From positions 6,143 to 70,142 of the forward strand of contig JANXZU010000034.1 in the NCBI GenBank assembly GCA_025355345.1: a stretch of 64,000 bases of DNA, given 5' to 3'. This document shows positions 10,426 through 19,041 of the stretch, one piece after another (the stretch's first letter is position 1; the number at the start of each line of letters is the position of its first letter). The notes beneath the pieces are model-generated. The model made no database searches. It was not told where the DNA came from and saw nothing but the letters and a program-made list of their open reading frames with translations. The translations under genes were made by a program, and so were the position numbers. The stretch comes from Syntrophaceae bacterium. Lineage in GTDB: Bacteria > Desulfobacterota > Syntrophia > Syntrophales > Smithellaceae.

Positions 10426-10740
10426 ATGAAAACATCAAATACATGGAATTTTAGATCTATATTGAGCAAGATTATTCTGGGGTTTGTTTTAGTCTCCATG
10501 ATAATCAGCCTGGACGTGGCGCCGGCCATCAGTAGAGATGGACGTGAAGGACATGACGAGCGCCGTTACGAACACGATAGACGGGGACATGACCGCGATT
10601 GGCGGAGACACGACCGCGAACGTGTTTATGACCATTCCGGCTACAGGGGACGAGGCTATGTAGCGCCGCCGGTAGCATTTTTGCCACCACCACCGCCGGG
10701 CCTGGGTATCTTTTTCCCACCCATATTTTTTCCTCAATAA
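10426..10740 (+). CDS. secreted His/Asp/Arg-rich protein with a Pro/Phe-rich C-terminal tail
   Basis: ATG at 10426 follows GGAGTG. Signal peptide, then GREGHDERRYEHDRRGHDRDWRRHDRERVYDH, then PPVAFLPPPPPGLGIFFPPIFFPQ. Confidence 0.45.
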   Translation: MKTSNTWNFRSILSKIILGFVLVSMIISLDVAPAISRDGREGHDERRYEHDRRGHDRDWRRHDRERVYDHSGYRGRGYVAPPVAFLPPPPPGLGIFFPPIFFPQ

Positions 10741-10938
10741 GGATTGCTGCGCATCTGCTGACCGGTTTTCAAGATTATTTGAACCGGTCAGTCAACGCAA
10801 ATAAAACAGTTGGCTGGAAGTGATTAAACAGTGAACAAATTTTAGATAAATGGGTATGGCCATTTTACCAACAATAAATAAATGTTGATTCAATGGCGGT
10901 TTAATAACCTTAAATTAAATATTTAAAGGAGAGTCTCA

Positions 10939-11271
10939 ATGAAAACCAGGTATTTTTTAGTCGTGTTATTTGTTACTTTTGTTTTAGGTTTAACCACATT
11001 TGCTTATGCCCAGAGTCATGAAAGAGTACGAGATATCGATCACAGGATTGGTGTTGCAAATGATAGAATTGACAGAGGTTTTGATTCTGGTGCTCTGACA
11101 AGAGGAGAAGCCGACAGACTGAAGCGTGAACTCAATGCTATACGCGATGATGAAGCAAGAATGACAGCAGACGGAAGACTTAGCCGTCACGAGAAAGAAC
11201 GTCTTGACAGGGAATTGGACCGTTTAGAAAGACGTATTTCTCGACTCAAGCACAACGATCATAGAAGATAA
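10939..11271 (+). CDS. secreted helical protein with an internal duplicated motif, unknown function
   Basis: AAGGAG Shine-Dalgarno and a signal peptide ending FAYA-Q. Contains two copies of G.L[ST]R.E..RL.REL and ends KHNDHRR. Confidence 0.55.
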   Translation: MKTRYFLVVLFVTFVLGLTTFAYAQSHERVRDIDHRIGVANDRIDRGFDSGALTRGEADRLKRELNAIRDDEARMTADGRLSRHEKERLDRELDRLERRISRLKHNDHRR

Positions 11272-11323
11272 TTACGCGGCAAATCATTTGCCGTTGTAAT
11301 CAAAGTGACACTTGTTTTAGCAA

Positions 11324-11354
11324 GGCCTCCGGGATTTTCAAAATCCCGGAGGCC
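11324..11354 (+). terminator. GC-rich perfect hairpin after the secreted-protein gene run
   Basis: GGCCTCCGGGATTT-loop-AAATCCCGGAGGCC, about 14 bp of perfect stem. There is no clear T-tract, so intrinsic-terminator status is uncertain. Confidence 0.5.
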
Positions 11355-11484
11355 TACAATTCCTGCAATAAATATAATTTGAAGAAAGCCTGATGGTCTG
11401 TGAATTATTTTGTGTAAACGGTTTCGGCCTGCAAAAGTTAATTTAAGATACCATCAGCATAATGTTTTTAAAGGCGGAAAGGAT

Positions 11485-11714
11485 ATGAAGAGATTTTTTG
11501 TTTCCATATTTTTAACTATATCGTTTTGTTTTTCCGTCAGTCTGGCCTTTGCCGGCGCAGTGACAGGCACGGTGTAACAGGACCCGGTGCAAAAAATTCC
11601 TGCGATACCAAAAATGGCTGGGTTTACACTCAGTACAACGGCAGGGACAATTGTGTACGTTGTGACACAAAAAATGGCTGGCGTTATGACGGCAACAAGA
11701 ACTGCGTAAAATAA
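11485..11714 (+). pseudogene. frame-split small secreted Cys-rich repeat peptide
   Basis: A 30-codon ORF at 11485-11577 encodes only a signal peptide (MKRFFVSIFLTISFCFSVSLAFAGAVTGTV*). The -1 frame continues as GVTGPGAKNS-CDTKNGWVYTQYNGRDNCVR-CDTKNGWRYDGNKNCVK to 11714. Confidence 0.35.
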
Positions 11715-12139
11715 GAAATTCCCGATAAATAATTCTTATTATATTATGTTTTACAGTTGGCAGGATAGATTTATCTATCATGCCATATTTTATTTCAGGC
11801 AATTCTGCCTTCGTCGGTATCCGTCAGCCGATATAACCTTCAGCAGAATCATAACTATGAGATATTTTTAACTTAGCATCATTTCATCCCGCTCAATCTC
11901 GGGACACACGTCGCACCCAAATATCACAAGATTTATCCCCTGAAAGAAATTGACAATTACAATGGTTTTAATGTAGTTTATACAAATTAAATATCAAATA
12001 TTAAAAGGTCGATTTATCGGGCATAATTTCAAGTAAGCTTTCAAAAAAAATTTACATTATTTTTTGAAAACAACTTGGTATTAATTCTCGTTTTAATATT
12101 AAATTTCTTAATAATGAAAAGTAAAACAGGGGTATTTTT

Positions 12140-14248
12140 ATGCTTAAATCAAAAAATGTTTTGCTGGTTATTTTAATTTTTACCGGACTTGCCGCTTTTG
12201 CCTACGCTGCTGAAAAGCCCCAAGCCGCGCCGCCTCAAATTACACTCTTGCGCTGGGTTCCCCTTTCTTCGGACTCACCTGATACTGTTAGGGAAATAAT
12301 TCGTTCGGAAGTTGATAATCGCGAGGGATTCTCCACAACTTCGGAAGAAAAGGCAAACCTCAAAGCAGTGGAAGATGAAAAAGAAAGAGACGATACCGAT
12401 TATAAAAATTCGATCATTACTGCCAATAAAGAATTTATTCGTGCCAAGAAAAAAAGGGACGATACTACAACGCAATTCCAGTCTTCCACAACCGAGCTTG
12501 AAGAATTCGCTAAAAGCATTAAAACAATCCGCGCCACTATCGAAAATCTCGATGGGCAAATTGATCGCTACGATCAAGATATAAAAGCACAGCAGAATTC
12601 TTTGAAACGATGGCTGGCGACAGAAAAGCAGGGAGAAATTGTTGTTGCCGTCATTTATACCCGCGGGTTTAAAGACAGCGCTCATGATTTAGAAGGTATT
12701 GCCGATAAAGCTTCGGCACCGCTTATAGCTTCACATATGGGCACTTTCATCCAGTCATTTACCAAAGTAATTAATAATTTCGTCGCTACTGACTTTATCA
12801 GCGCAACGGAAGAAGGCACGGCCAAATGGAATAACGAGGAGCCTATCCGCATTGAGCTCGAAAAGGGTGATAAAGGCACAACTTATCTTCGCCTGAAACG
12901 CTATGAACTTTATCCATTTCAAGAAAACAAGTCCGGAATATTTAAAACAATCGCTCCTTCGACAAAACATAAAGTTGCCATTGTCAAGTCCCGTAAGGAT
13001 ATGGACGCTTTTATGACGCAAAATATGTATGCTTCAAAAAATTATGAGATGAACCGAATTGATAGACTTATCAATGAAACAAATCAAAGCAACAGCGTTG
13101 CCGAGGAAGGATTAAATGAACAGGTTAAATCTTTCCAGGAAAGGATAAATAATCTTCAAGAAAAAATAGGTTCAGCTAAATCAGAAAAAGAAGCCCAGAA
13201 AATGCTTCTTAAGCGTAAAGAAGAAAGTTACTATAAAATGAGCCTTGATGTTGCATCTGTTAGAGAAAGAAAAAATGAAACAGAAAAACAATTTCACGAC
13301 GCACAGGCAACCCTGCAAGAGAAAAAACGCGTACATGAATCTGTTATTATTAAAACTTCGCTAGCAACCACAAAAGGCTCACAAACTCCGGCCGAAGCAT
13401 CCGCCGAGGCGATTTTAGATAAGCTGGCAGAAGTTAAAAATGACGCAAAAACTCAACATTCCAGCTCCACAACAGATGTTACCAACTTTCGGGTTAGTGG
13501 GGAATCGTCAACTCAGTCCATTACTGAAGCGCGAATCATTGCCCTTCGCTTAATATCATTCATTAACGAAGGGGATAGCGTGCGTGTCAAGATGGCGTTT
13601 CGTGTAAAAACTGTACTCGAGGAACAAGAACCCGCCGCAGAGCCGGTTAAACCTCCGTCGGCCCCACCTGCTACTGCATCTGATTGGGAAACCAAACCCG
13701 AACCAAAACCAGAACCGGTCGCCCAAACACCAAAAGACAATACTAAAACAGTCATTCCTTTTAAACGTACCTACCAGCCTCTGGCTACAAAAGATGCTCT
13801 AGGGTGCCTCTTTGATTTACGCAGTGTCAATGTGACTAAAAACGGCCTGCAAGTAGTCTTGGAGGTCATTAATACCGATGAAGCCGTTAGAAGCGTTGCT
13901 TTTTATGATCAAAGATTCCCTGCAAATTGGACTAGATCAAGAACATATGATAATTTAAACAAATACTATGAAACAACTATGGCTTATGTAGTGCGCGGTT
14001 CTCAATCAATATTAATGTACGATATTGATAGCCGTGGTCGTGGAATCGAAATTCAACCGAAGACATCAGTGACTATTGGGTTGACCTTTAAGAATATTCC
14101 TGCAAATATAAAAACTATGAAGGTAAACCTTCATCCGTTTATTTATTACGGCAGTGGATTTTCAAAACAATGGCAGGAGTTTGATCTTCCCCTGCCGACA
14201 ATACGCCTGAACGTTTCTTCTCCGGTCAGAGCAATAAAAAATAAATAG
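12140..14248 (+). CDS. large secreted coiled-coil protein with a Pro-rich linker and a C-terminal beta-rich domain, unknown function
   Basis: 702 aa: signal peptide (LAAFAYAAE), long heptad-like charged regions, the linker EPAAEPVKPPSAPPATASDWETKPEPKPEPV, and a C-terminal block of about 170 aa. No family recognised. Confidence 0.6.
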   Translation: MLKSKNVLLVILIFTGLAAFAYAAEKPQAAPPQITLLRWVPLSSDSPDTVREIIRSEVDNREGFSTTSEEKANLKAVEDEKERDDTDYKNSIITANKEFIRAKKKRDDTTTQFQSSTTELEEFAKSIKTIRATIENLDGQIDRYDQDIKAQQNSLKRWLATEKQGEIVVAVIYTRGFKDSAHDLEGIADKASAPLIASHMGTFIQSFTKVINNFVATDFISATEEGTAKWNNEEPIRIELEKGDKGTTYLRLKRYELYPFQENKSGIFKTIAPSTKHKVAIVKSRKDMDAFMTQNMYASKNYEMNRIDRLINETNQSNSVAEEGLNEQVKSFQERINNLQEKIGSAKSEKEAQKMLLKRKEESYYKMSLDVASVRERKNETEKQFHDAQATLQEKKRVHESVIIKTSLATTKGSQTPAEASAEAILDKLAEVKNDAKTQHSSSTTDVTNFRVSGESSTQSITEARIIALRLISFINEGDSVRVKMAFRVKTVLEEQEPAAEPVKPPSAPPATASDWETKPEPKPEPVAQTPKDNTKTVIPFKRTYQPLATKDALGCLFDLRSVNVTKNGLQVVLEVINTDEAVRSVAFYDQRFPANWTRSRTYDNLNKYYETTMAYVVRGSQSILMYDIDSRGRGIEIQPKTSVTIGLTFKNIPANIKTMKVNLHPFIYYGSGFSKQWQEFDLPLPTIRLNVSSPVRAIKNK

Positions 14249-14281
14249 CATTTAATGATGAGGTTCTTAAAGGAGGCAATA

Positions 14282-14740
14282 ATGAAAAATATTATTCTAT
14301 TAATATTCCCGATACTTTTCTTGCTCTACAGTACAGCTAATGCCGATTATTATAAATGGGAGGATGAAACCGGGGCTACTCACATCACTGATTACCCACC
14401 TCCGCAGGCCGATACACATAAAAATGTAAAAGTACATAAAGACAGTTCCGACAATCCGCCAATCGATGACGAACAAGAATCTAAATCTAAAGCACAAAAG
14501 AAAACGGATGTCACTCTTTTCACTAAAAATGATTGCGCTGATTGTGACAAAGCGCGGGACTTTTTAAAATCCAAGAAAGTAACTTTCACCGAATACAACA
14601 TGGATAAGGATAAATCTGCAGCGGCAAAAAGAAAGTCTGTTGATGACGGCGAAGATGTTCCTTTTGCAATAATCAACAGAAATCAGGTATATGGATTTAC
14701 AGAAAGTGTTTACAATCGAGCCCTGAAAGCAACCCCATAA
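14282..14740 (+). CDS. DUF4124-like N-terminus fused to a glutaredoxin-like domain
   Basis: ATG at 14282 follows AGGAGG. Signal peptide, then YYKWEDETGATHITDYPP (DUF4124 pattern), then LFTKNDCADCDKARDFL (CxxC thioredoxin-fold start). Confidence 0.7.
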   Translation: MKNIILLIFPILFLLYSTANADYYKWEDETGATHITDYPPPQADTHKNVKVHKDSSDNPPIDDEQESKSKAQKKTDVTLFTKNDCADCDKARDFLKSKKVTFTEYNMDKDKSAAAKRKSVDDGEDVPFAIINRNQVYGFTESVYNRALKATP

Positions 14741-14748
14741 GGCAATGA

Positions 14749-15543
14749 ATGAAAACTACAATATATTGTTATACGGGAACGGGAAATTCGCTTTGGACAG
14801 CGCGCAAACTATCTTATGCGCTGGGAGATGCACAACAAATACCGATCAAACTTGCAGGCTTTGACATTATTCATTGTGCTTCAGAAAACATCGGCTTGAT
14901 CTTTCCTGTTCACATCTGGGGATTACCCGCACCCGTTATTGATTTCATCAACCGATTGGAAATCGACCCTTCAAAATACTATTTTGCAGTAGCGGTCAAT
15001 GCCGGACAGGTTGCCGCTACTCTAATTCAATTACAAAAGCTTATGCAGACCAGAGGCATCAACCTTTCTTCAGGATTCTCAATTGATCTGCCCAGCAATT
15101 ACATTCCATGGGGTGGTGCTATAACTCCTGCGGCGCAACAAAACAAATTCAATAATGCTATGCAGAAAATTAACAAAATTGCCTCAACTATTAAATCAAA
15201 AGAAACAAAACCTCTGGAAAAAGGTCCGGCGTGGCAGAACATTTTTCTTTCTTTTTTTTACCGCAAGTCTTTTCCTCATGTTCAAAAGATGGATAAATCT
15301 TTTTGGGCTGACGATAAATGCACTAATTGCGCAATCTGTGAAAAAATCTGTCCGGCACAAAACATATTGATTGCGAGTGGTAAACCAAAATGGCAAAATC
15401 GCTGTGAGCAATGCTTTGCGTGTCTGCAATGGTGCCCTGAAGCATCTATTCAGTATGGTAAAAATACTTCAAAGAAAAAACGCTACAATCATCCGGAAGT
15501 AAAACTAAGTGATATGCTGGCAAGCGTTCCCGCTAAAAAATGA
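14749..15543 (+). CDS. flavodoxin-like / 2x[4Fe-4S] ferredoxin fusion (EFR1-type)
   Basis: N-terminal IYCYTGTGNS flavodoxin-like start and C-terminal CTNCAICEKICP and CEQCFACLQWCP cluster motifs. Confidence 0.7.
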   Translation: MKTTIYCYTGTGNSLWTARKLSYALGDAQQIPIKLAGFDIIHCASENIGLIFPVHIWGLPAPVIDFINRLEIDPSKYYFAVAVNAGQVAATLIQLQKLMQTRGINLSSGFSIDLPSNYIPWGGAITPAAQQNKFNNAMQKINKIASTIKSKETKPLEKGPAWQNIFLSFFYRKSFPHVQKMDKSFWADDKCTNCAICEKICPAQNILIASGKPKWQNRCEQCFACLQWCPEASIQYGKNTSKKKRYNHPEVKLSDMLASVPAKK

Positions 15544-15548
15544 TTTGA

Positions 15549-17150
15549 TTAAGGCAGCTTAATCCTTTGTCCGTAAAATAAGTTATCAGAACTTCGTATA
15601 TTATTAATCTTCCGTATTTCTTCGATTGTTGTGGAATTATTCTTTGCTATGGAAAAAAGAGTATCTCCTTTTTTCACAGTGTAAATTCTTGATGCCTTCA
15701 TCGCTCCGCTATTCTTGACCCTGTAACTGTGTATACGGAGTTGACGATCTGGCGGTTTTTGAACCAAATTAGCCGGAACTAATATTTTCCTGCCAACAAT
15801 TAGCACATCATTTTTCTTCATTTTGTTTAGTCTGAGGAGCGTAGCCGTTTTAGTTTTAAAATTCCTAGCCACAGAAAAAATTGTATCACCACGTCTTACT
15901 TTATAGAATGTTGTCTTTATTGCAGGACCATCCACTACCTGCAGTTCCTCTTTATCACCTGCGCCATCGGCATTATCATTGTAGTTTGCTGCATCACTGA
16001 CAGTGGGTATTGATGCTGTACCGGATAAATACTCGGTCACAGAAGCGGCAACTGCCCCCGCCAGCTTCTTCTGGAAGCCATCAGTTTTCAGCAAGCGCTC
16101 TTCCTGCGCATTTGATATGTATGCCGTTTCAATAAGCACCGCCGGAATATCGGGTAATTTTAATACCCTGAACGGTGCTTCCTGAACCTTTTTATGCTTC
16201 AAGCTATTAACCCGATCAAGCTGGCTGATTAAAGTGCCGGCATATGTTTTAGATAAATTTATCGTATTGGTCTGAAACATATTCAGGATAATCTGATCGG
16301 ATTCATTCTTGCCTTCGCCATTAGGCACGCCACCTATGATATCGGACAAATTTTCATTATTGGCCATTAATTTTGCGGCCTCACTGCTTGCGGCACCGTT
16401 AGAAAGGCAGTACACAGAACTTCCTTTTGCAGTTCTGTTTCTGGCCGCATCGGCATGAACGCTGATAAATAGACTTGCGTTTAAATCCTTGGCAATTTGC
16501 AGGCGTTTATTGAAAGAAACATAATAGTCCCCGTCACGCGTCAAAACGGCCCGGTATCCGGGAAGTTTGTTGACTGCTTTTTTTATTTCACGACCAATTA
16601 CCAGCACAATATTTTTTTCATACGTGCCTTTTTTCCCTACAGCACCAGGATCTTCACCACCATGCCCCGGATCGATAACTATAATTTTTCTCTGTATCAA
16701 TTTAGGAAGCTGTTCTTTAATGTTCAGTTCCTGCGCGGGGATGTCAAGGACAATATCAATCACAACACGTTGCGGTTTATCCAGTATTTTTTTCAACTTA
16801 AACACATCGGCTTTGAGATGATTATCCAGAATGAATTCAATTTTAACCGTATCGTTTTTAGTATCATAGAATATGATTTTTTTAATTCCCGGTTTATCTA
16901 GAATAATCTCTGCGGGTATTGATTTACTAAAAGTTGCGTCAGTAAATTTTATAGTAAGAATGTTTTCATTTTCTTTGGATTCATATATCAGATCGCCATC
17001 AAGATCAAAAACAATTCTCGTATGATCAGGAGCAGCCCAATACCGGACATTGGATATCTCAGTTGAACTAAAGCAATTACCGAAATTGAAAAAAATAATG
17101 AAAATACTAAAAGTAAAACATATTTTATGCAGCCATTTATTTTTTATCAT
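15549..17150 (-). CDS. amiC: N-acetylmuramoyl-L-alanine amidase with an AMIN domain and two C-terminal LysM domains
   Basis: AMIN-like N-terminus (VRYWAAPDHTRIVFDL), Amidase_3 core (IDPGHGGEDPGAVG), and two LysM repeats (YKVRRGDTIFSVA, YTVKKGDTLFSIA). Confidence 0.85.
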   Translation of the reverse strand: MIKNKWLHKICFTFSIFIIFFNFGNCFSSTEISNVRYWAAPDHTRIVFDLDGDLIYESKENENILTIKFTDATFSKSIPAEIILDKPGIKKIIFYDTKNDTVKIEFILDNHLKADVFKLKKILDKPQRVVIDIVLDIPAQELNIKEQLPKLIQRKIIVIDPGHGGEDPGAVGKKGTYEKNIVLVIGREIKKAVNKLPGYRAVLTRDGDYYVSFNKRLQIAKDLNASLFISVHADAARNRTAKGSSVYCLSNGAASSEAAKLMANNENLSDIIGGVPNGEGKNESDQIILNMFQTNTINLSKTYAGTLISQLDRVNSLKHKKVQEAPFRVLKLPDIPAVLIETAYISNAQEERLLKTDGFQKKLAGAVAASVTEYLSGTASIPTVSDAANYNDNADGAGDKEELQVVDGPAIKTTFYKVRRGDTIFSVARNFKTKTATLLRLNKMKKNDVLIVGRKILVPANLVQKPPDRQLRIHSYRVKNSGAMKASRIYTVKKGDTLFSIAKNNSTTIEEIRKINNIRSSDNLFYGQRIKLP

Positions 17151-17289
17151 ATTTTCCTTTTAACAAGTATGATTTTAAAATAGCAAATTTATCTTTCTTA
17201 CGCAACTATTAGTATAGAAAAGATATTGACAAGCACTTTCGATAATGCCATTTTCTCAAAGGAACAATTTTAGCTGAAAGAGGATATCT

Positions 17290-18834
17290 ATGCAGAAAAA
17301 TCGATTTAAAGATGCTTTATTGAATCCGGATGTGTTCACGGTCACTTGGGAACTGGTACCGGGAAGAGGTGCAAGAGAAGTAGCCCAGGAAAAGGCCTTA
17401 TCTCTGGCCATTCAGGCGGCTTCCGGAGGCAATATTTCTGCCCTGACCGTTACAGATAATCCGGGAGGAAGCCCCGCCATGTTTGCCGATTTCATGGGCA
17501 GTGAAATTCTAAAGCTGGGCATTGAGCCACTCGTCCATTTTACCTGTAAAGACAAGAACCGCAGTCAAATTGAAAGCCAACTTTATGCTCTGGATCGGAC
17601 AGGTGTCAGAAACCTCCTGGTGATGAGCGGTGATTACCCGGTATCGGGCTACCTTGGCAGACCTGCGCCGGTCTTTGATCTTGATCCTATCCACACCCTG
17701 CAACTGATAACAGAAATGAACCGTGGACTGGAATATCCGGGAGCCAAAGGTACCGTCCATCATCAACCCGGCGATTTTTTCCCCGGAGCAGTCGTTTCTC
17801 CCTTCAAGGCGACCGAAGCAGAGCAGATGGTTCAGTATTACAAACTTAAAAAGAAGATCGATGCCGGGGCCCAATTTATTGTTACACAACTGGGTTACGA
17901 TGCCCGAAAATTTCATGAAGTTCTACTTTTTATGAAGCTCAGCGGCTTCAATATTCCACTTATGGGGAATATTTATATCCTTCCGTACGGTGCGGCAAAA
18001 ATGATGAATCGCAATGAACTGCCCGGCTCCGTCGTCACGGATAAACTTCTGGCTGATCTGGATCGGGAGCGAAACGATCCAGATAAAGGAGAAAGTGCCA
18101 GAATATTGCGCGCCGCCCGGATGTACGCCATTATGAAAGGAATGGGTTTTAGCGGTGTGCATATCGGTGGTCATAATATCAAATATGAACAAGTGGAAAA
18201 GATCATCAGGCAGGGAGAGGAGCTCGCCCCTGTCTGGAATGATCTTATCCGGCACTTTGACTATCCTATCCCCGGCAGTTTTTATTACTTTGAGTATGAT
18301 TCGACAACCGGCCTTAACAGTGAGAAACCAACGGAGCGGCAGTCACGGCCACTCGATGCTCAAGTCGGATGTTCTTATTGGTTTTCGCGCCTCTTGCATA
18401 AACTTCTTTTTGAACCGGAAAAGAAACTGTACGGTCTTATGAAGAGACTAAGCCGCATAATTGATGGAACAAGGTTTGAGCGCTTATTTCACAAACTTGA
18501 GCATTTAACCAAAGTATTATTTTTTGACTGCAAGGACTGCGGCGACTGCGCCCTTATTGATGTAGCCTACCTCTGCCCGATGTCGCAATGCCCGAAGCAC
18601 CAACGCAACGGAGCATGCGGCGGAAGCTTTGAAGGGTGGTGCGAAGTCTATCCCGGAAAGAAGCTTTGTATCTATGTCAGGGCATATAGCAGGCTGAAGA
18701 AACACGGGGAGGAAATGCAATTGGATAAAGGCATTGTCCCACCCTGCAACTGGGATTTTCATCAAACGTCATCCTGGATAAATTATTATATGGGCAAAGA
18801 CCATACTTCAAAAAAGCAAGACAGGAGTTCATGA
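17290..18834 (+). CDS. metF: methylenetetrahydrofolate reductase fused to a Cys-rich MetV-like C-terminal domain
   Basis: The N-terminal ~300 aa are MTHFR-like (TWELVPGRG, TDNPGG, LLVMSGD). The C-terminus carries CKDCGDCAL...CPMSQCPK..RNGACGG. Confidence 0.8.
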   Translation: MQKNRFKDALLNPDVFTVTWELVPGRGAREVAQEKALSLAIQAASGGNISALTVTDNPGGSPAMFADFMGSEILKLGIEPLVHFTCKDKNRSQIESQLYALDRTGVRNLLVMSGDYPVSGYLGRPAPVFDLDPIHTLQLITEMNRGLEYPGAKGTVHHQPGDFFPGAVVSPFKATEAEQMVQYYKLKKKIDAGAQFIVTQLGYDARKFHEVLLFMKLSGFNIPLMGNIYILPYGAAKMMNRNELPGSVVTDKLLADLDRERNDPDKGESARILRAARMYAIMKGMGFSGVHIGGHNIKYEQVEKIIRQGEELAPVWNDLIRHFDYPIPGSFYYFEYDSTTGLNSEKPTERQSRPLDAQVGCSYWFSRLLHKLLFEPEKKLYGLMKRLSRIIDGTRFERLFHKLEHLTKVLFFDCKDCGDCALIDVAYLCPMSQCPKHQRNGACGGSFEGWCEVYPGKKLCIYVRAYSRLKKHGEEMQLDKGIVPPCNWDFHQTSSWINYYMGKDHTSKKQDRSS

Positions 18835-18883
18835 TTATATTCATTGAAGATTCTAATTAAATAGAGTAGAAACTCGCAAACAA

Positions 18884-18960
18884 GGGCGATTAGCTCAGTT
18901 GGATAGAGTGCTAGCCTCCGAAGCTAGATGCCGTGAGTTCGAGTCTCACATCGCCCACCA
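18884..18960 (+). tRNA. tRNA-Arg (anticodon CCG)
   Basis: Manual cloverleaf: acceptor GGGCGAT/ATCGCCC, D arm GCTC..GAGT, anticodon arm CTAGC-CTCCGAA-GCTAG, T arm GTGAG-TTCGAGT-CTCAC, encoded CCA. Confidence 0.9.
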
Positions 18961-19041
18961 AGATAAATACATTAAAAAAGAATCTCTTATATTTGAATTG
19001 ATAATTTTTGACTGCTTCCAGAAAGAAGGAAGAGCGGATAT

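Noticed and set aside
10489-10737. Two minus-strand ORFs (82 and 63 aa) inside the HDR-rich gene
   Set aside because: These are low-complexity antisense artefacts of the GA/CG-rich His/Asp/Arg coding repeats.
11512-11802. 96-aa Cys/His-rich ORF on the minus strand
   Set aside because: It is the antisense translation of the Cys-repeat peptide region, with no Shine-Dalgarno. The Cys/His richness mirrors the sense-strand TGC/TGT and GTG codons.
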